Part shown: in pieces, positions 25,901 to 46,353 of the stretch
Numbering within the stretch: position 1 is the first letter of the stretch
Layout: each line of letters begins with the position of its first letter
Assembly (NCBI GenBank): GCA_002269645.1
Contig: NIVC01001147.1
Location: 124,001 to 188,000 of the forward strand
Length of the DNA stretch: 64,000 nt
Source of the DNA: Macrostomum lignano
Lineage: Eukaryota
Reading direction: 5' to 3'
Position numbers and translations under genes: made by a program
The notes under the pieces: generated by a model
Told to the model about the DNA's origin: nothing
The model's database searches: none
What the model saw: the letters and a program-made list of their open reading frames with translations, nothing else

Positions 25901-27572
25901 TGACGGACTGAAAGCGCCGATAATCAAACCAATTGAAATTTGTTACCCGCCTCCTCCATTACTGAATTTACTCAAATGATAGCTGGCCTGAATTTGTGTA
26001 CTCAACCCCCCCCCCCAACTACAATCTTGGCAGAAATTTTAAAAGTATGGAATCGTTTTTTCAATGCTGTGCTTTTTGTTTTCATATTTAAAGCAAATAA
26101 CTTATATCCCCGAATTCAGCGTTGCAAGATCCTTCCAGCAATATAAGTCTCTCCTCTCAAAGTTAAAAAAAAGGAACAGTTAACGTCTGAACTTCCCGGT
26201 TCAAAGCATTAAGTATCGAGTGTACATTCACCTGCCTGCTGTTTATTCATTGAATTTCACTGCCCAGCTAATATACAGACAGGCTGCCTTTTGAAAGGCG
26301 CCGATAGTAAAACCAATTGAATCTCGACACAGTCCTATCTATCTGTTTACAATGTACATTGCTATGTACACTCAGCCCAAACCAACCCTCCGTTCTGGAG
26401 GGAAGCATTAAATTTAACTGAACCCCCCAACACGCGGGGGTTTTATTAGCATTGAACCCAGAACACGCATCAACCACCCCTCCAATACACAGCGACCTGC
26501 GGGGGGAGGTTGGGGTGGTTGTTTTTACAATAATGCCACTGGAGAGGCAAAGTGGCCAAAGAAGGTTAAGAAAACAGCTTTTTGCTTTTTTAACGGACTT
26601 GACTTTTAATTTTTCAACATTAAAATAGCCTATTTGTTGCGTAGGAAAATTCTGAATTGATATATGTAAGTCCCGCATTTGAGTTGCCAGCCGTCTAGGA
26701 GGAGATACGCGTTAAACCCGGCCGGTCGATCGACCCACTCAGCTTTAGATATAAGATAATTCTTAATTAGAAAATAAATACACTGCGGAGATAGTAAAAC
26801 ATCATTTCTTTCTTCACAAAATCAATGATTGTGTAAGAATTTAATGTAAATTAAGGAAAGGAAAAGAGCTAGGCGATGATTCTTATTTTATTTGGTTAAA
26901 AGACAGCGGAGTAAGAAGTAAGGAGAAGTAAAGAATTATTCGCGGTTGGCACCGTTTATTTATAGCCATCGCCGGAAACTTCTAGAACATTCTAAGCATT
27001 ATAACAAAACAAGTATTAATTATTGATTCCTATTAGATTTGAATTAATTTTAGTACTGCCTTACTGTAATAAATTGTACATTGAATATTTATAAATGCGA
27101 GTATTTTAATTAGTTACTGTAAGAGAACTTTCTAGAATTTAATTTGTCCTCTAGGGGGAAATTTCTAGAAATAAATATTTAATTTAGCATGCACAACACG
27201 TTTGTCTGATGTATTTTATATAGTTATGTAGTTTCATTTTCCTTATCGTGTTGTTTTTTATTTCATAAGTCCAAGCCAAAGTTGGAAATACTCACAAGTG
27301 AAATTTTCGTTTTTTGGTTGAATTGTGTATATATATTTTTTTCCAGGAAATTGGCCTCCTAAAAAATTACGCGATCTTAGAGTCTTACGTCCTGTTATAC
27401 AATTCTGATGTATCAACAGGATAAAATATATCATAGCATAAAATTCAACTGGCAAATTCTTGATAGAACAATTGCGAAAGCTATTTAAATGCAGTGAAGT
27501 TTAGTGGGCTGTTATCAAGAAATTAAGTTTTGGATCGAACTGCACAGCAGACTAGCAATCCATTTCCCTCGA

Positions 27573-29369
27573 TCATTTTTTGCCCATCGGAGCAGCCGAC
27601 TTCGCCATGGCCGCCTTGGTGGTCGAGGCGAACCGGCGCACGCCGGAGCTTGGAGCCGCTGTGCCGCCACGGCCGCCGCCGCCGCCGCCACCCCGCTTTT
27701 TCTCCCCTGCACCGCCGGCGCCTCCAGCCGGCGCCGCTGCGGAGGAAGCCGGCTTTCCGCGAAACACGCGCTCCCGATCGAAGCCGCACTCGACGTTTGA
27801 GATCGATTGTTGCTGTTGCTGCTGTTGCTCGAATCCCGATGGCAAATCGGCTACTCCTAAAAGCAAATTGCTGTCATCCCAATCGACCTCGCTGTCCAGT
27901 TGGAGTCTCAGCGGCGCCAGCAGACTGAGCCATTCGCGAGCGCCTGGCGTCGGGCCGATGTCGGTCAGGCAGAGCTGCCATTGGAGGAGGCCGCGGTGCG
28001 CCAGGGCCAGCGTGTAATAATCCTGCGGGATTGGGGCGGTTGCTGAGGAACTGGTCCTGCGGGATTGGGGCGGTTGCTGAGGAACTGGTCCTGCGGGATT
28101 GGGGCGGTTGCTGAGGCACTGGTCTTGCGGGATTGGGGCGGTTGCTGAGGAACTGGTCCTGCGGGATTGGGGCGGTTGCTAAGGCACTGGTCTTGCGGGA
28201 TTGGGGCGGTTGCTGAGGAACTGGTCCTGCGGGATTGGGGTGGCTGCTGAGGAACTGGTCCTGCGGGATTGGGGTGGCTGCTGAGGAACTGGTCTTGCGG
28301 GATTGGGGCGGTTGCTGAGGAACTGGTCCTGCGGGATTGGGGCGGTTGCTGAGGAACTGGTCCTGCGGGATTGGGGCGGTTGCTGAGGAACTGGTCTTGC
28401 GGGATTGGGGCGGTTGCTGAGGAACTGGTCCTGCGGGATTGGGGCGGTTGCTAAGGCACTGGTCCTGCGGGATTGGGGCGGTTGCTGAGGAACTGGTCCT
28501 GCGGGATTGGGGTGGCTGCTGAGGAACTGGTCCTGCGGGATTGGGGTGGCTGCTGAGGAACTGGTCTTGCGGGATTGGGGCGGTTGCTGAGGAACTGGTC
28601 GTGCGGGATTGGGGCGGTTGCTAAGGCACTGGTCTTGCGGGATTGGGGCGGTTGCTGAGGAACTGGTCCTGCGGGATTGGGGCGGTTGCTGAGGAACTGG
28701 TCCTGCGGGATTGGGGCGGTTGCTGAGGAACTGGTCCTGCGGGATTGGGCGGTTGCTGAGGAACCGGTCCTGCGGGATTGGGGTGGCTGCTGAGGAGGAA
28801 CTGGTCCACATGGCAAATTATCAGTAACGGTATGAGACAGGCTGTCAAAGTCATACCTGGAAGCAGTTGGCCAGCAGGTGGAATCGCATGGCCCTGTCCA
28901 GCAGGTAGACACCCGCCCTGTTGCCAGCGTGCAGGACCAAGCAGACATGCCCCGGCCAGTCCAACGTCTCCAGTTCAAATATTCGACAGTTGCCACGGGC
29001 GGCCGAAGACAGCGACACGCCGGCTGCGTCAAAATCGGCGTCGACGTCGGCCAGAGACGGTCGCTCCTGGCCGAGATCGCAGTGGCCGCCGACAATGGGC
29101 CTGAGATTGTCTAGCGAGTTGACGCGAAAGTTGCCGATTTTCGACTTGATTTCGCCGCACTTGGCGCTGTAGCTGAAGTGCATTCCGTCGGAGGTGTGGT
29201 AGAATGTCTTCAGATCTGGCGGCAGCTGGCAGCAGTTGCGATTCTCCCAGTCGGCGATGGCGGACTGTGGCGCCGGCAGGCAGGTGTGCAGCTTCCAGTC
29301 GCAGATAAACTCCTTGTCGGATAAGTGCTTTTGCAGATCGAGCAAGCACGGGATGAATGGTGAAGACAT
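27573..29369 (-). CDS. TPGS2: Tubulin polyglutamylase complex subunit 2; exons 29369-28857 and 28022-27573
   Basis: WENRNCCQLPPDLKTFYHTSDGMHFSYS, RIFELE..GHVCLV, VYLLDRAMRFHLLA..FQ|DYY..HRGLLQWQ match the recalled TPGS2 family pattern; donor CAG|GTATGA, acceptor CCCGCAG|GAT, phase 0. Confidence 0.9.
28023..28805. repeat. 34-bp minisatellite GCTGAGGAACTGGTCCTGCGGGATTGGGGCGGTT (TPGS2 intron)
   Basis: About 23 units; runs up to the acceptor AG. Confidence 0.96.
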
Positions 29370-30279
29370 TGCTAAAGTATAGGTTGGACTTGTTAATCAG
29401 CTGGCTATCACTGAAGAATCTGAAATTCGCATTTTAGTTTATTAATTAAACCAGAAATTTACTGAGTGCGACACCAAATATTGAGTAATAATTACTCTTC
29501 TACAAAAAAATTGCAGTTCGTGGAGATTCATTGTACAGAAATAGATATCTATTATTTATCCTATGCTTAGCTATGACTAGCCTTAACCTTTGTAAAATAA
29601 CAAATGATGGCAGAGAAAGCATGCTTGCCTTAGTGCACAAGTAGCTGAATTTCATATTCAAGAAATTTAAATCAAAATAGAAAGCATAACCATTAATCAC
29701 AAAGTCATTTAATACTTAATAAATGATATACTTATTAAAAGTATACTTATTATGAAATACAATTTGAATATTATGAAAGACAAAATATACATTTTGAAAT
29801 ACAAAAAAATTGTATTATATCTACAATATTAATAAGTAATGTAATACTTGTTGTTTAGTAAGTAATAAAATACTTATTAAAAGTATATTTTATTATATAC
29901 TTGCAGGGGAGTAGTCAATATTGGTTACTATATTGGTTCTTTGATAATTCAAGTTAGAGAGATGTTTTTGGCTTGTGCATTACTTTTGTGGAAAGGAATG
30001 TTTGTAAATGCACTCAACATGCTGTTTTTATAGCATTGTAATAAAGTTATAATAAAAATTTCTAACGACTTCTGTACAAATTGTTTAAGGTATGAAATTT
30101 CTAGACTTCCTTAGTTCCATGTTATATGTTTCTATATTTTAGCAACAAGTAGCTGAAGTAAAACTACTTGCCCACACAAAACAATTGATTACTTTTGCGT
30201 GTTAATCACACAATCAAGGCTACATTTGGTTAGAATTAGGTATTGAAACTTAATTTCATATTCATACTTTTTACGCCAT

Positions 30280-30850
30280 GCATGTCATTCTATCTAGACT
30301 AATTGTATTCGGCTCTAATTCGGGGAACCCATTGTACGAGCTATTCAACTAAGAATTGTATGGTAGTTACCTAGGTATTTTTGGGTTGTGTTAATTGTCA
30401 CCGTTTTTTCGCCTTTGCTGAGCACCTTGGCTTAAGGTAATTTTTTGCCAGCCTTCATCAATGATCGAACTCACGTCCTCACGACCCGAGGATGACAAAA
30501 AAGATATAAAAAATCATTAAGTATGCTTCCTTGAATGTCCACGATGTCGTCGACAGTGTAAACAAAAGCAAAAAACAACTGAAAAATGTTAATGTCCGAA
30601 AAATAGGCCTTTACATACATTTATTTTTTTACAATTTTCTTTAGACAAAAACTCCTAAAAAGTATCTTATATGTTTTAAATGTATTTACTTTGTTTTTGC
30701 GAATCTCTCCCACGTTTAAATTTTGCTAATCAGCAAAAATTTAAGGGTTCACACTCATGCAGTGACTGAAGTCACACGTTCTTTCACAAGTCGGCATCAT
30801 GAATCTGATGACCAAATCATATCGCCATGTCTCATTGCCAAATAAGAACT
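30280..30850. promoter_or_regulatory. Putative bidirectional promoter between divergent TPGS2 and SSR4
   Basis: CpG-containing patch flanked on both sides by about 1 kb of very AT-rich, CpG-poor sequence leading to acceptor AGs just before each ATG; inference only. Confidence 0.4.
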
Positions 30851-31896
30851 GCTTTAGTTACTGGAAAATACCTTAATTTGCAGAAATGTTTCTCATATCA
30901 TATCAAGTTTTAACTTTTAAGCACTCATTCAGGCCTATTATTAGACTTACAGCCATCAGCTATGCTGTTAAACTTCACTCCCGTATTTTATAATTTAATA
31001 AAAATACTAGGCCTACGTAATATTTTATTTTGTCTAGGTCTACTATAATGTGATGACTGTTATTCATGCCAAAACATATTCTATTCATGCGTTTATGCTT
31101 TAGCCTTAAATGCCACTTTGTCTTTGGTTTGGGTGTATGTATGTACTGTGTACATATTACTTACAAGCATCAAACATGTAGGCCTATATCAAGAAGCATT
31201 TTGATCTGGTCTAATTATCATATTTTTCTATTATGACAACTAAATACAACACTCACCAATAGATTAAATTTGCATGGCATTTCATTGTTCTAGTGATAAG
31301 CTTAGCTTAGTCATTTGCTAGCCTTTGGTTTTAACCAAGTTATTTAGGCTCTAATAAGATTGTATTAGTTGGTTTTATAAAATGATTAGACCCTATCCTA
31401 GTGGATTACTTAATATTAAACAAATTATAGTTGTATATTCCCTTAGCTTAGTAGATAGAATAGGCCTAAAAAAGATATTTTTATTACAATAGAAAAGCTA
31501 ATGTCAAAATTATTTTATTACTATTAATTATTAATAGGCTTAGCTTTAGAGTCATTTAAAAGAATAGTTCAATAATGTTTTGCCTAAAGCATAGTAATAT
31601 TAAAAGATTAAAATCCTTTTTTTCTTTTATTAGTAAGTTCCTAAATAGCATGAATGATATCAATTTGAAGTTAGGCTATACTTAACTAAGACCTATAGTA
31701 TATATCCATGGCTTTGTTGTATTTAATATATTGGTCATACCCTTCTTGCAATAGTAGCATTGTATTTTCAGCTTTTTATTACTGAAGTTGAAAAGGTACT
31801 AGATAATGGGTTTTGTTAATTATTTAATTATTATTTATTAATCTAAATTTCTTCTTAAATTATTAATGCATGTCAAAGTTCTCTACAAATTAAACC

Positions 31897-33740
31897 ATGG
31901 CTACTAGTTATATTCCCTGTCTGTTTGTCTTTGCCATCTTGGCTATTGGAGTTGCACTGGCTGGTTCCTGCGAAAAACCTAGCATAAAGAGTTCTGTGTA
32001 CACTGCTGCTGATGCACATTTCTCTAACCATGGCATTGTGTCTGCCACCTTCAATGTTCAATGTGCCAATAAGGCTGCCTCCTCTTCTATGGACGTCTAT
32101 GCTGTATTCCGCGGTCGTGCTGTGCAGGCTGCTCAAGATTTGGACTCTTCACAGTACCAGGTGAGTTAAAACTGCTGATCGTGTAGACTGACTGCTGGTA
32201 GATTCGTGTCAACTGAATGTAGATTCGTGTAGTGAATGTAGATTCGTGTCAACTGAATGTAGATTCGTGTCAACGGAATGTAGATTCGTGTCAACGGAAT
32301 GTAGATTCGTGTAAAGTGAATGTAGATTCGCGTCAACTGAATGTAGATTTGTGTAGTGAATGTAGATTCGTGTCAACGGAATGTAGATTAGTGTAAAGTG
32401 AATGCAGATTCGCGTCAACTGAATGTAGATTCGTGTCAACTGAATGTAGATTCGCGTCAACTGAATGTAGATTTGTGTAGTGAATGTAGATTCGTGTCAA
32501 CGGAATGTAGATTAGTGTAAAGTGAATGCAGATTCGCGTCAACTGAATGTAGATTCGTGTCAACTGAATGTAGATTCGCGTCAACTGAATGTAGATTTGT
32601 GTAGTGAATGTAGATTCGTGTCAACGGAATGTAGATTAGTGTAAAGTGAATGCAGATTCGCGTCAACTGAATGTAGATTCGTGTCAACTGAATGTAGATT
32701 CGTGTAAAGTGAATGTAGATTTGCGTAGACTGAATGTAGATTCGTGTAAATTGAATGTAGATTCGTGTCAACTGAATGTAGATTCGTGTCAACTGAATGT
32801 AGATTCGTGTAAAGTGAATTTAGATTCATGTAAAAGTGAATTTAGATTCATGTAAACTGAATTAAGTTTCGTGTAAAGTGAATTTAGATTCATGTAAACT
32901 GAATTAAGATTCATGTAAAAGTGAATTTAGATTCATGTAAACTGAATTAAGATTCGTGTAAAGTGAATTTAGATTCATGTAAACTGAATTAAGATTCGTG
33001 TAAAGTGAATGTAGATTCATGTAAACTGAATTAAGATTCGTGTAAAGTGAATTTAGATTCATGTAAACTGAAATAAGATTCATGTAAAAGTGAAATTAGA
33101 TTCATGTAAACTGAATTAAGATTCATGTAAAAGTGAATTTAGATTCATGTAAACTGAATTAAGATTCGTGTAAAGTGAATTTAGATTCATGTAAACTGAA
33201 TTAAGATTCGTGTAAAGTGAATTTAGATTCATGTAAACTGAATTAAGATTCGTGTAAAGTGAATTTAGATTCATGTAAACTGAATTAAGATTCGTGTAAA
33301 GTGAATTTAGATTCATGTAAAGTGAATTAAGATTCATGTAAACTGAATTAAGATTCGTGTAAAGTGAATTTAGATTCATGTAAACTGAATTAAGATTCGT
33401 GTAAAGTGAATTTAGATTCATGTAAACTGAATGTAGAATATAAATCTGGACCACCCCGGGGCACTCTCCGCAGGTGACCTTCTCCGAGCCCGTGAAGACC
33501 TACCTACCCGCCGGCGGCTACGCCATCGACCTGTACGATGAGGACGGCTACGCCCAGTACAGGAAGGCGCAGCGCGGCGAGGCTGGCAAGTCCTCCGTGC
33601 CCGAGCCGATGGCCCGGATCGAATTCGAATATCCGCGAGTCCGGCACAGCCTGTGGGTCCACTCCGAGACTGTGGCCGTGCTGCTCCTGCTTGGCGCCTC
33701 CTTCTACGCCTATTCGGCTCGCAAATCCATCCTTAGCTAA
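31897..33740 (+). CDS. SSR4: Translocon-associated protein delta (TRAP-delta); exons 31897-32160 and 33474-33740
   Basis: Signal peptide, SCEKP..SVYT, QYQ|VTFS, LYDEDGYAQYRKAQR, WVHSETVA followed by a C-terminal TM segment; phase-0 GT-AG intron. Confidence 0.93.
32200..33436. repeat. 20-21-bp minisatellite GATTCGTGTCAACTGAATGTA grading into GATTCATGTAAACTGAATTAA (SSR4 intron)
   Basis: 124-bp higher-order repeat at 32341/32465/32589; dimeric structure in the 3' half. Confidence 0.96.
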
Positions 33741-34918
33741 ATTAGCCGAGCAATTAGCAAATCTAATAGCAGCAATTAGACTGATTGTTACCTGTTGAAG
33801 CCTCCGTTTAAACACTAGGGTTAATTCTCTTTTCAATTGAATTCGTACAACTAATCTTAATCAAGACTCTGCCAGCTTGTGTGTCCTTAAAATTATCTAC
33901 TATTAATAATATATCTGGTGTCGGCTCGACTGTCATTTTGTTAATATAGTATGAACTGTTGCTTGCTTGTCATTCATATTTATTACATATAATAATTAAA
34001 TGTGTTGGCACAATTTTGATTCCACTGTTTTGTTTCAATGTACGGCACTAATTTTTTGACATTGCTATTAAATTGTTGCCGCCCGCCCGCGAATGTGTTG
34101 CAGAAATAAATGAAAGCGATAAAGAAAGTTTTGCGTTTGTTTAGTTGAAAAAGCTGTTCTCGTTGTGTTTCTATTTTGATATGAGTTTTGTACCTACAAA
34201 GTTGGTCGTTGTATAACAATAACACTTAATAAGATTCAAATTCGAGAATAAAACCAATGAGGACCAGTCTGCAATGAACATAACACTGCAATATATTAAT
34301 TCGCTTGCAATAGTACAGATTTTTAGTAATATAGTAGCGAGCCTAATAATGATAACATTAACTCAACTTTTTATTTCTAATACTCTAATCGTCGAACTCT
34401 ATGCGCTACATAATAACAGTAACAAATAATTACATAGCCACGATCCATGCAGAATGTATCGTAACATATGTGCATGTACATTTAGTTAATTAATAACTGT
34501 CTAAAACAAAAAAACTACCGATTTTAACTTTCTGCGGAATTTTTCTCCGCGTTTGAGTTAAAAAGATGGGATTTAACACCGGTTCAATAAAAATTGGTCC
34601 AATTAGCACAAGCTACTCTCAGAGTTCAGTAGACAGCTGAACATTTTAGTCTTATTTTACTACAAAGCTTGTTTATTTGTCCTCTCACCCTTGAACCCTA
34701 CGCTCCGCCCAATTTTTATTGCCTTCCTCGACAGTTCTAACGCTGCCATGTACATTGTGGGTAGCGCTGGCTGCGTCAATGTACATTACGTCTAGGCTTC
34801 TAAACTGATAAAATAATTTCAACTGGCTCTCTTATAAAATAGCTCATGAATATTCTTGCTTGCTGCTCAACTGTACTCGTAAGGGAACTGCTTCACTAAA
34901 CAATATATAACTAAATAG

Positions 34919-36388
<1,470 letters not shown>

Positions 36389-36534
36389 TCCTGCTGTGCT
36401 GTGATTTTGCGTCAATTTAATTTTAAAAGAAAATTCCTTTGCAAAAAGACTTTCTCCATTTTGAGACATAATTCGACAATATACGTCAGAAATCCTCACT
36501 TGATAATTGCGATAATCGCCATTCAGAAAATACC

Positions 36535-36690
36535 CCTCAAAAATCGTCATTCAATAAAACGCCCTTCGAATGTCACTCTTCAAAAATCACGATTCGAAAA
36601 TCGCCCTTCCAAAATCCCCTTCGAAAATCGCCCTTCCAAAATCACCCTTCCAAAATCGCCCTTTCAAAATCGCCCTTCTAAAATCGCCTT
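36535..36690. repeat. Degenerate repeat of about 19 bp, AAAATCGCCCTTCC
   Basis: Seen directly, downstream of the PDCD6 stop. Confidence 0.75.
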
Positions 36691-37159
36691 CATATTGACC
36701 CTTGTCAGGCACAGGGAATGCTATTATTAGCTTGTATTTTTATACTCTTAAGTGTGTCTCGCGTATTGCTACTTAGGTATTTTGTGCAGTAGTATAGTTG
36801 GCTTATAATCTCTATAGAAAAAACTTTTGCCTCGATTTTGACTCGAGACGACTTTTTGCTATTTATTTACCGTCCTAAAAGTAGTTTGTAAAACTTCTCA
36901 GTATTTTACTAAAAAATTTATTAATTTCTCAATTTTGAAGTCGTGCCATTTTGTTATATTGTTAAGCCATTCCATTTAAAATTTGAATTTTTAAGCTTGT
37001 ACTGCGAGAATCTCAGTTTTGGCTTTTTTGAATCTCAATCGTTATATTTTATTAACATAAATAAACTGTTATTTGAAAACTTTTATAAACTATTGCTACC
37101 AAATGTTGAGGACGTTAATGAATTGTTGATTAAGTAAGTCTTTCTCAGAGAAATCCGCA

Positions 37160-37260
37160 GGGATCTGACACTGGGAGATTGGGGATCTGACACTGGGAGA
37201 TTGGGGATCTGACACACTGTGAGATTGGGGATCTGACACTGGGAGCTAATTGGATCTGTG
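37160..37260. repeat. 22-bp repeat GGGATCTGACACTGGGAGATTG
   Basis: About 4 units. Confidence 0.85.
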
Positions 37261-39085
37261 AGGTCAGAGCAACTGATGCAGATGATCTTAGATCCGGTAT
37301 GAATTGCACACAGCTATTGTCATTAGCTGATCTCATTCCTATAGGTAGGGGATAATCTGATGACAGGTGGGCGGTCTTTATGTACATGTAGGACCGGAAT
37401 TCCTGCCGATTGATCACGAAGGGTTCAAAGAGCCCTACTTCCGCATGCTCATATGCATAAATGATTGTTGGGATGGCAGGAAAAACCGTGCTCAGTCAGC
37501 AGTTTAGTCTTAGGCTGCGGACGTTGGCATATCCGCAATCCCTTTATCTGACTGCCCTGTCAATCTTGCTTCCCGTTACCATTTGTCTTTCGCCCCTAAG
37601 AATGGGAGCCGCTTTCACTGCGCAGACCTCTTTTAAACCCCGTTCCACCCCTCTCCCCAGATCCTGCGCCGATATCTCCCCGTTAGCGATCTCGCCACGG
37701 ACACTTTGAACGACAATCCTGGATCATGGTGTCTGTGGACACAGCCCTTCACCTCTATAAAGCTCATTACTACTAGCTAGTTTCAATAAGTTTCGTTAAT
37801 TCCCTTTTAGCTGTCACCTATTGGGCTAATTGAGATAATGCCGTTATTACTGGTGCCCTGAATGGGTGTGTTTCCAATCCCAAATTCTCAGTCAAGTTGT
37901 CCTTGACTCCGGCGTTTTAACCTGTGCCGGGTCTGCGGAAAATTTCGCTTCCTCAAACGCTGCCAGGGCCTTTTCCCCTTGTCTCCCGCCGCCCCTCCCA
38001 GCGGGAGAAGCAGCTTCCCCTTCTTGAAGGGTGGGGGGGGGGGGGTTGAGCCGCGTCGCCCCTCCCTCGTCAATCTTCCGCGCGCCAATCTTTGCAGCAG
38101 CCCCGCAACCCGGAGAGACGGGAGAGAGAGAGAGAGAGGATGCCAAGGCCAGGTGATTAACCAATTAGGTGAGCCCGTCACTTCTAATAAAGTCGGACCG
38201 TGTATAAACAAATATAGAGTCCCGGTTTGCGGCGCTAGTACTCTCTCTGTCTTGTTGTTTTCCACATTTGGATTCGGTTTTGTTAATTAGATTTTTCCTA
38301 CTCCAATTATTATCGGTTCTGTTTAAACCCTCCCCCAACCAGGACCCATTGATCTCTTAATCCGAATCAGGTAGCGTGTGCGATAGTCTATAAACACGCC
38401 TCGATGGATCAACAGACAGGTAAAACGAATTCAAATCGATTCAATTTATTACGGGTCTAAACGTTGAAATAGCAGACACCAGGAAGTTTGGTAATCACGT
38501 GTATACCACTGGGAAAACTAATATTTTTAAAGCACGAACAGAACTCCCAGATTATATACAGGCTGGTTTTGAGTTAATCAAATTTAGCGCCAGCAAAAAA
38601 ACACAGATCTAAACCGGATTTGTCATCCGGGTCGAGTTTTCAGTTGCGTTTTGACAACACGCTCTTTGCTAGTGAGATATTCGGATGCAGAGAGAAATTC
38701 TGGAATCCCAGCCGATCCCGTCTGTGAGCCCGCGGCATCCTCGCCAACGGAGTGGAATTTCTTCCTGGTCGCTGGGGTGTGCGCGGGGGGCGGCTGGAAG
38801 GAGGCGGGACCCCCCCGGGCTGCCCCCAGAACCCCCACCCCCTCCTTGGGCCAAGGCAGGCGGTACCCCCAAGGAAATTGGATTAGAGTAATTAAATTAT
38901 TGAATTATCCCATTATGTAGCCTATTTAAACTGGGCCCTCCGTTGCCCGCCGCCGCCGCCTTTTAGCCTCCCTCCCCCCCGAGTTCTCTTCCACCTTCGA
39001 TTCCGCCGCCTGTCTGTCAACTGTCCCGAACCTGTCTTCAGCTGTTCTCCCCTTCATTTCCCTAACCGATGCCTCCGTCTTCTAG

Positions 39086-44563
<5,478 letters not shown>

Positions 44564-45162
44564 TCTCAACTGTTTCCTCTGCTTAACAACAGATATTCAT
44601 AACTTTTGACAATAAATACACAATTTTTGTTTTTCTGTAAGAGGTTTCAATGGCTCAGCCACGTTCTCCATCAATAAGTTCTCTTCTTATTCGAACTATA
44701 ATATTTACTAAACATTCCTGATATCTTCGATTCAAAAAAAACTTGCTTTAACCTGTGCACCTTGCTAATAATATCAATTTCTCAACTTAAGTGATTGCTT
44801 TTAGTTAACCGAACTGACGACAATGCTTGTTTTGTCTTAAACTGCTTGATTTTTAATTCAAAATTAGCATAAAATTATTTATCTCGCTGTTGTTTTCATT
44901 CACTGAGCAATCGTTCTTTATTGATTCTCTCGTCTTTATATAGTTTTAGCAGCCCCTGTTGCACCAAAGTGATTTCTGTTTAAAGTGAGCGCAGCACCCA
45001 TGGCAACTAAAATATCGACACTTTTCGTTGTGCAATATTGGCTGAAAACTGATGATACGAGCTATTGGCCGTCGCTTGCAAAGCGAGTCGCCATTCTAAA
45101 TAAAACACGCTTCTTTCCACAAAATTTAATTAGCTCACTTTCTGCTAGTCAATTAGTTATTC

Positions 45163-46353
<1,191 letters not shown>

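Noticed and set aside
26268-26678. 136-aa minus-strand ORF
   Set aside because: No recognisable domain, splice signals or coding-like codon bias.
28023-28805. CRISPR-like 34-bp repeats (also considered for the 54988 and 21705 arrays)
   Set aside because: Units are contiguous with no unique spacers, no cas genes are present, and the context is a eukaryotic intron.
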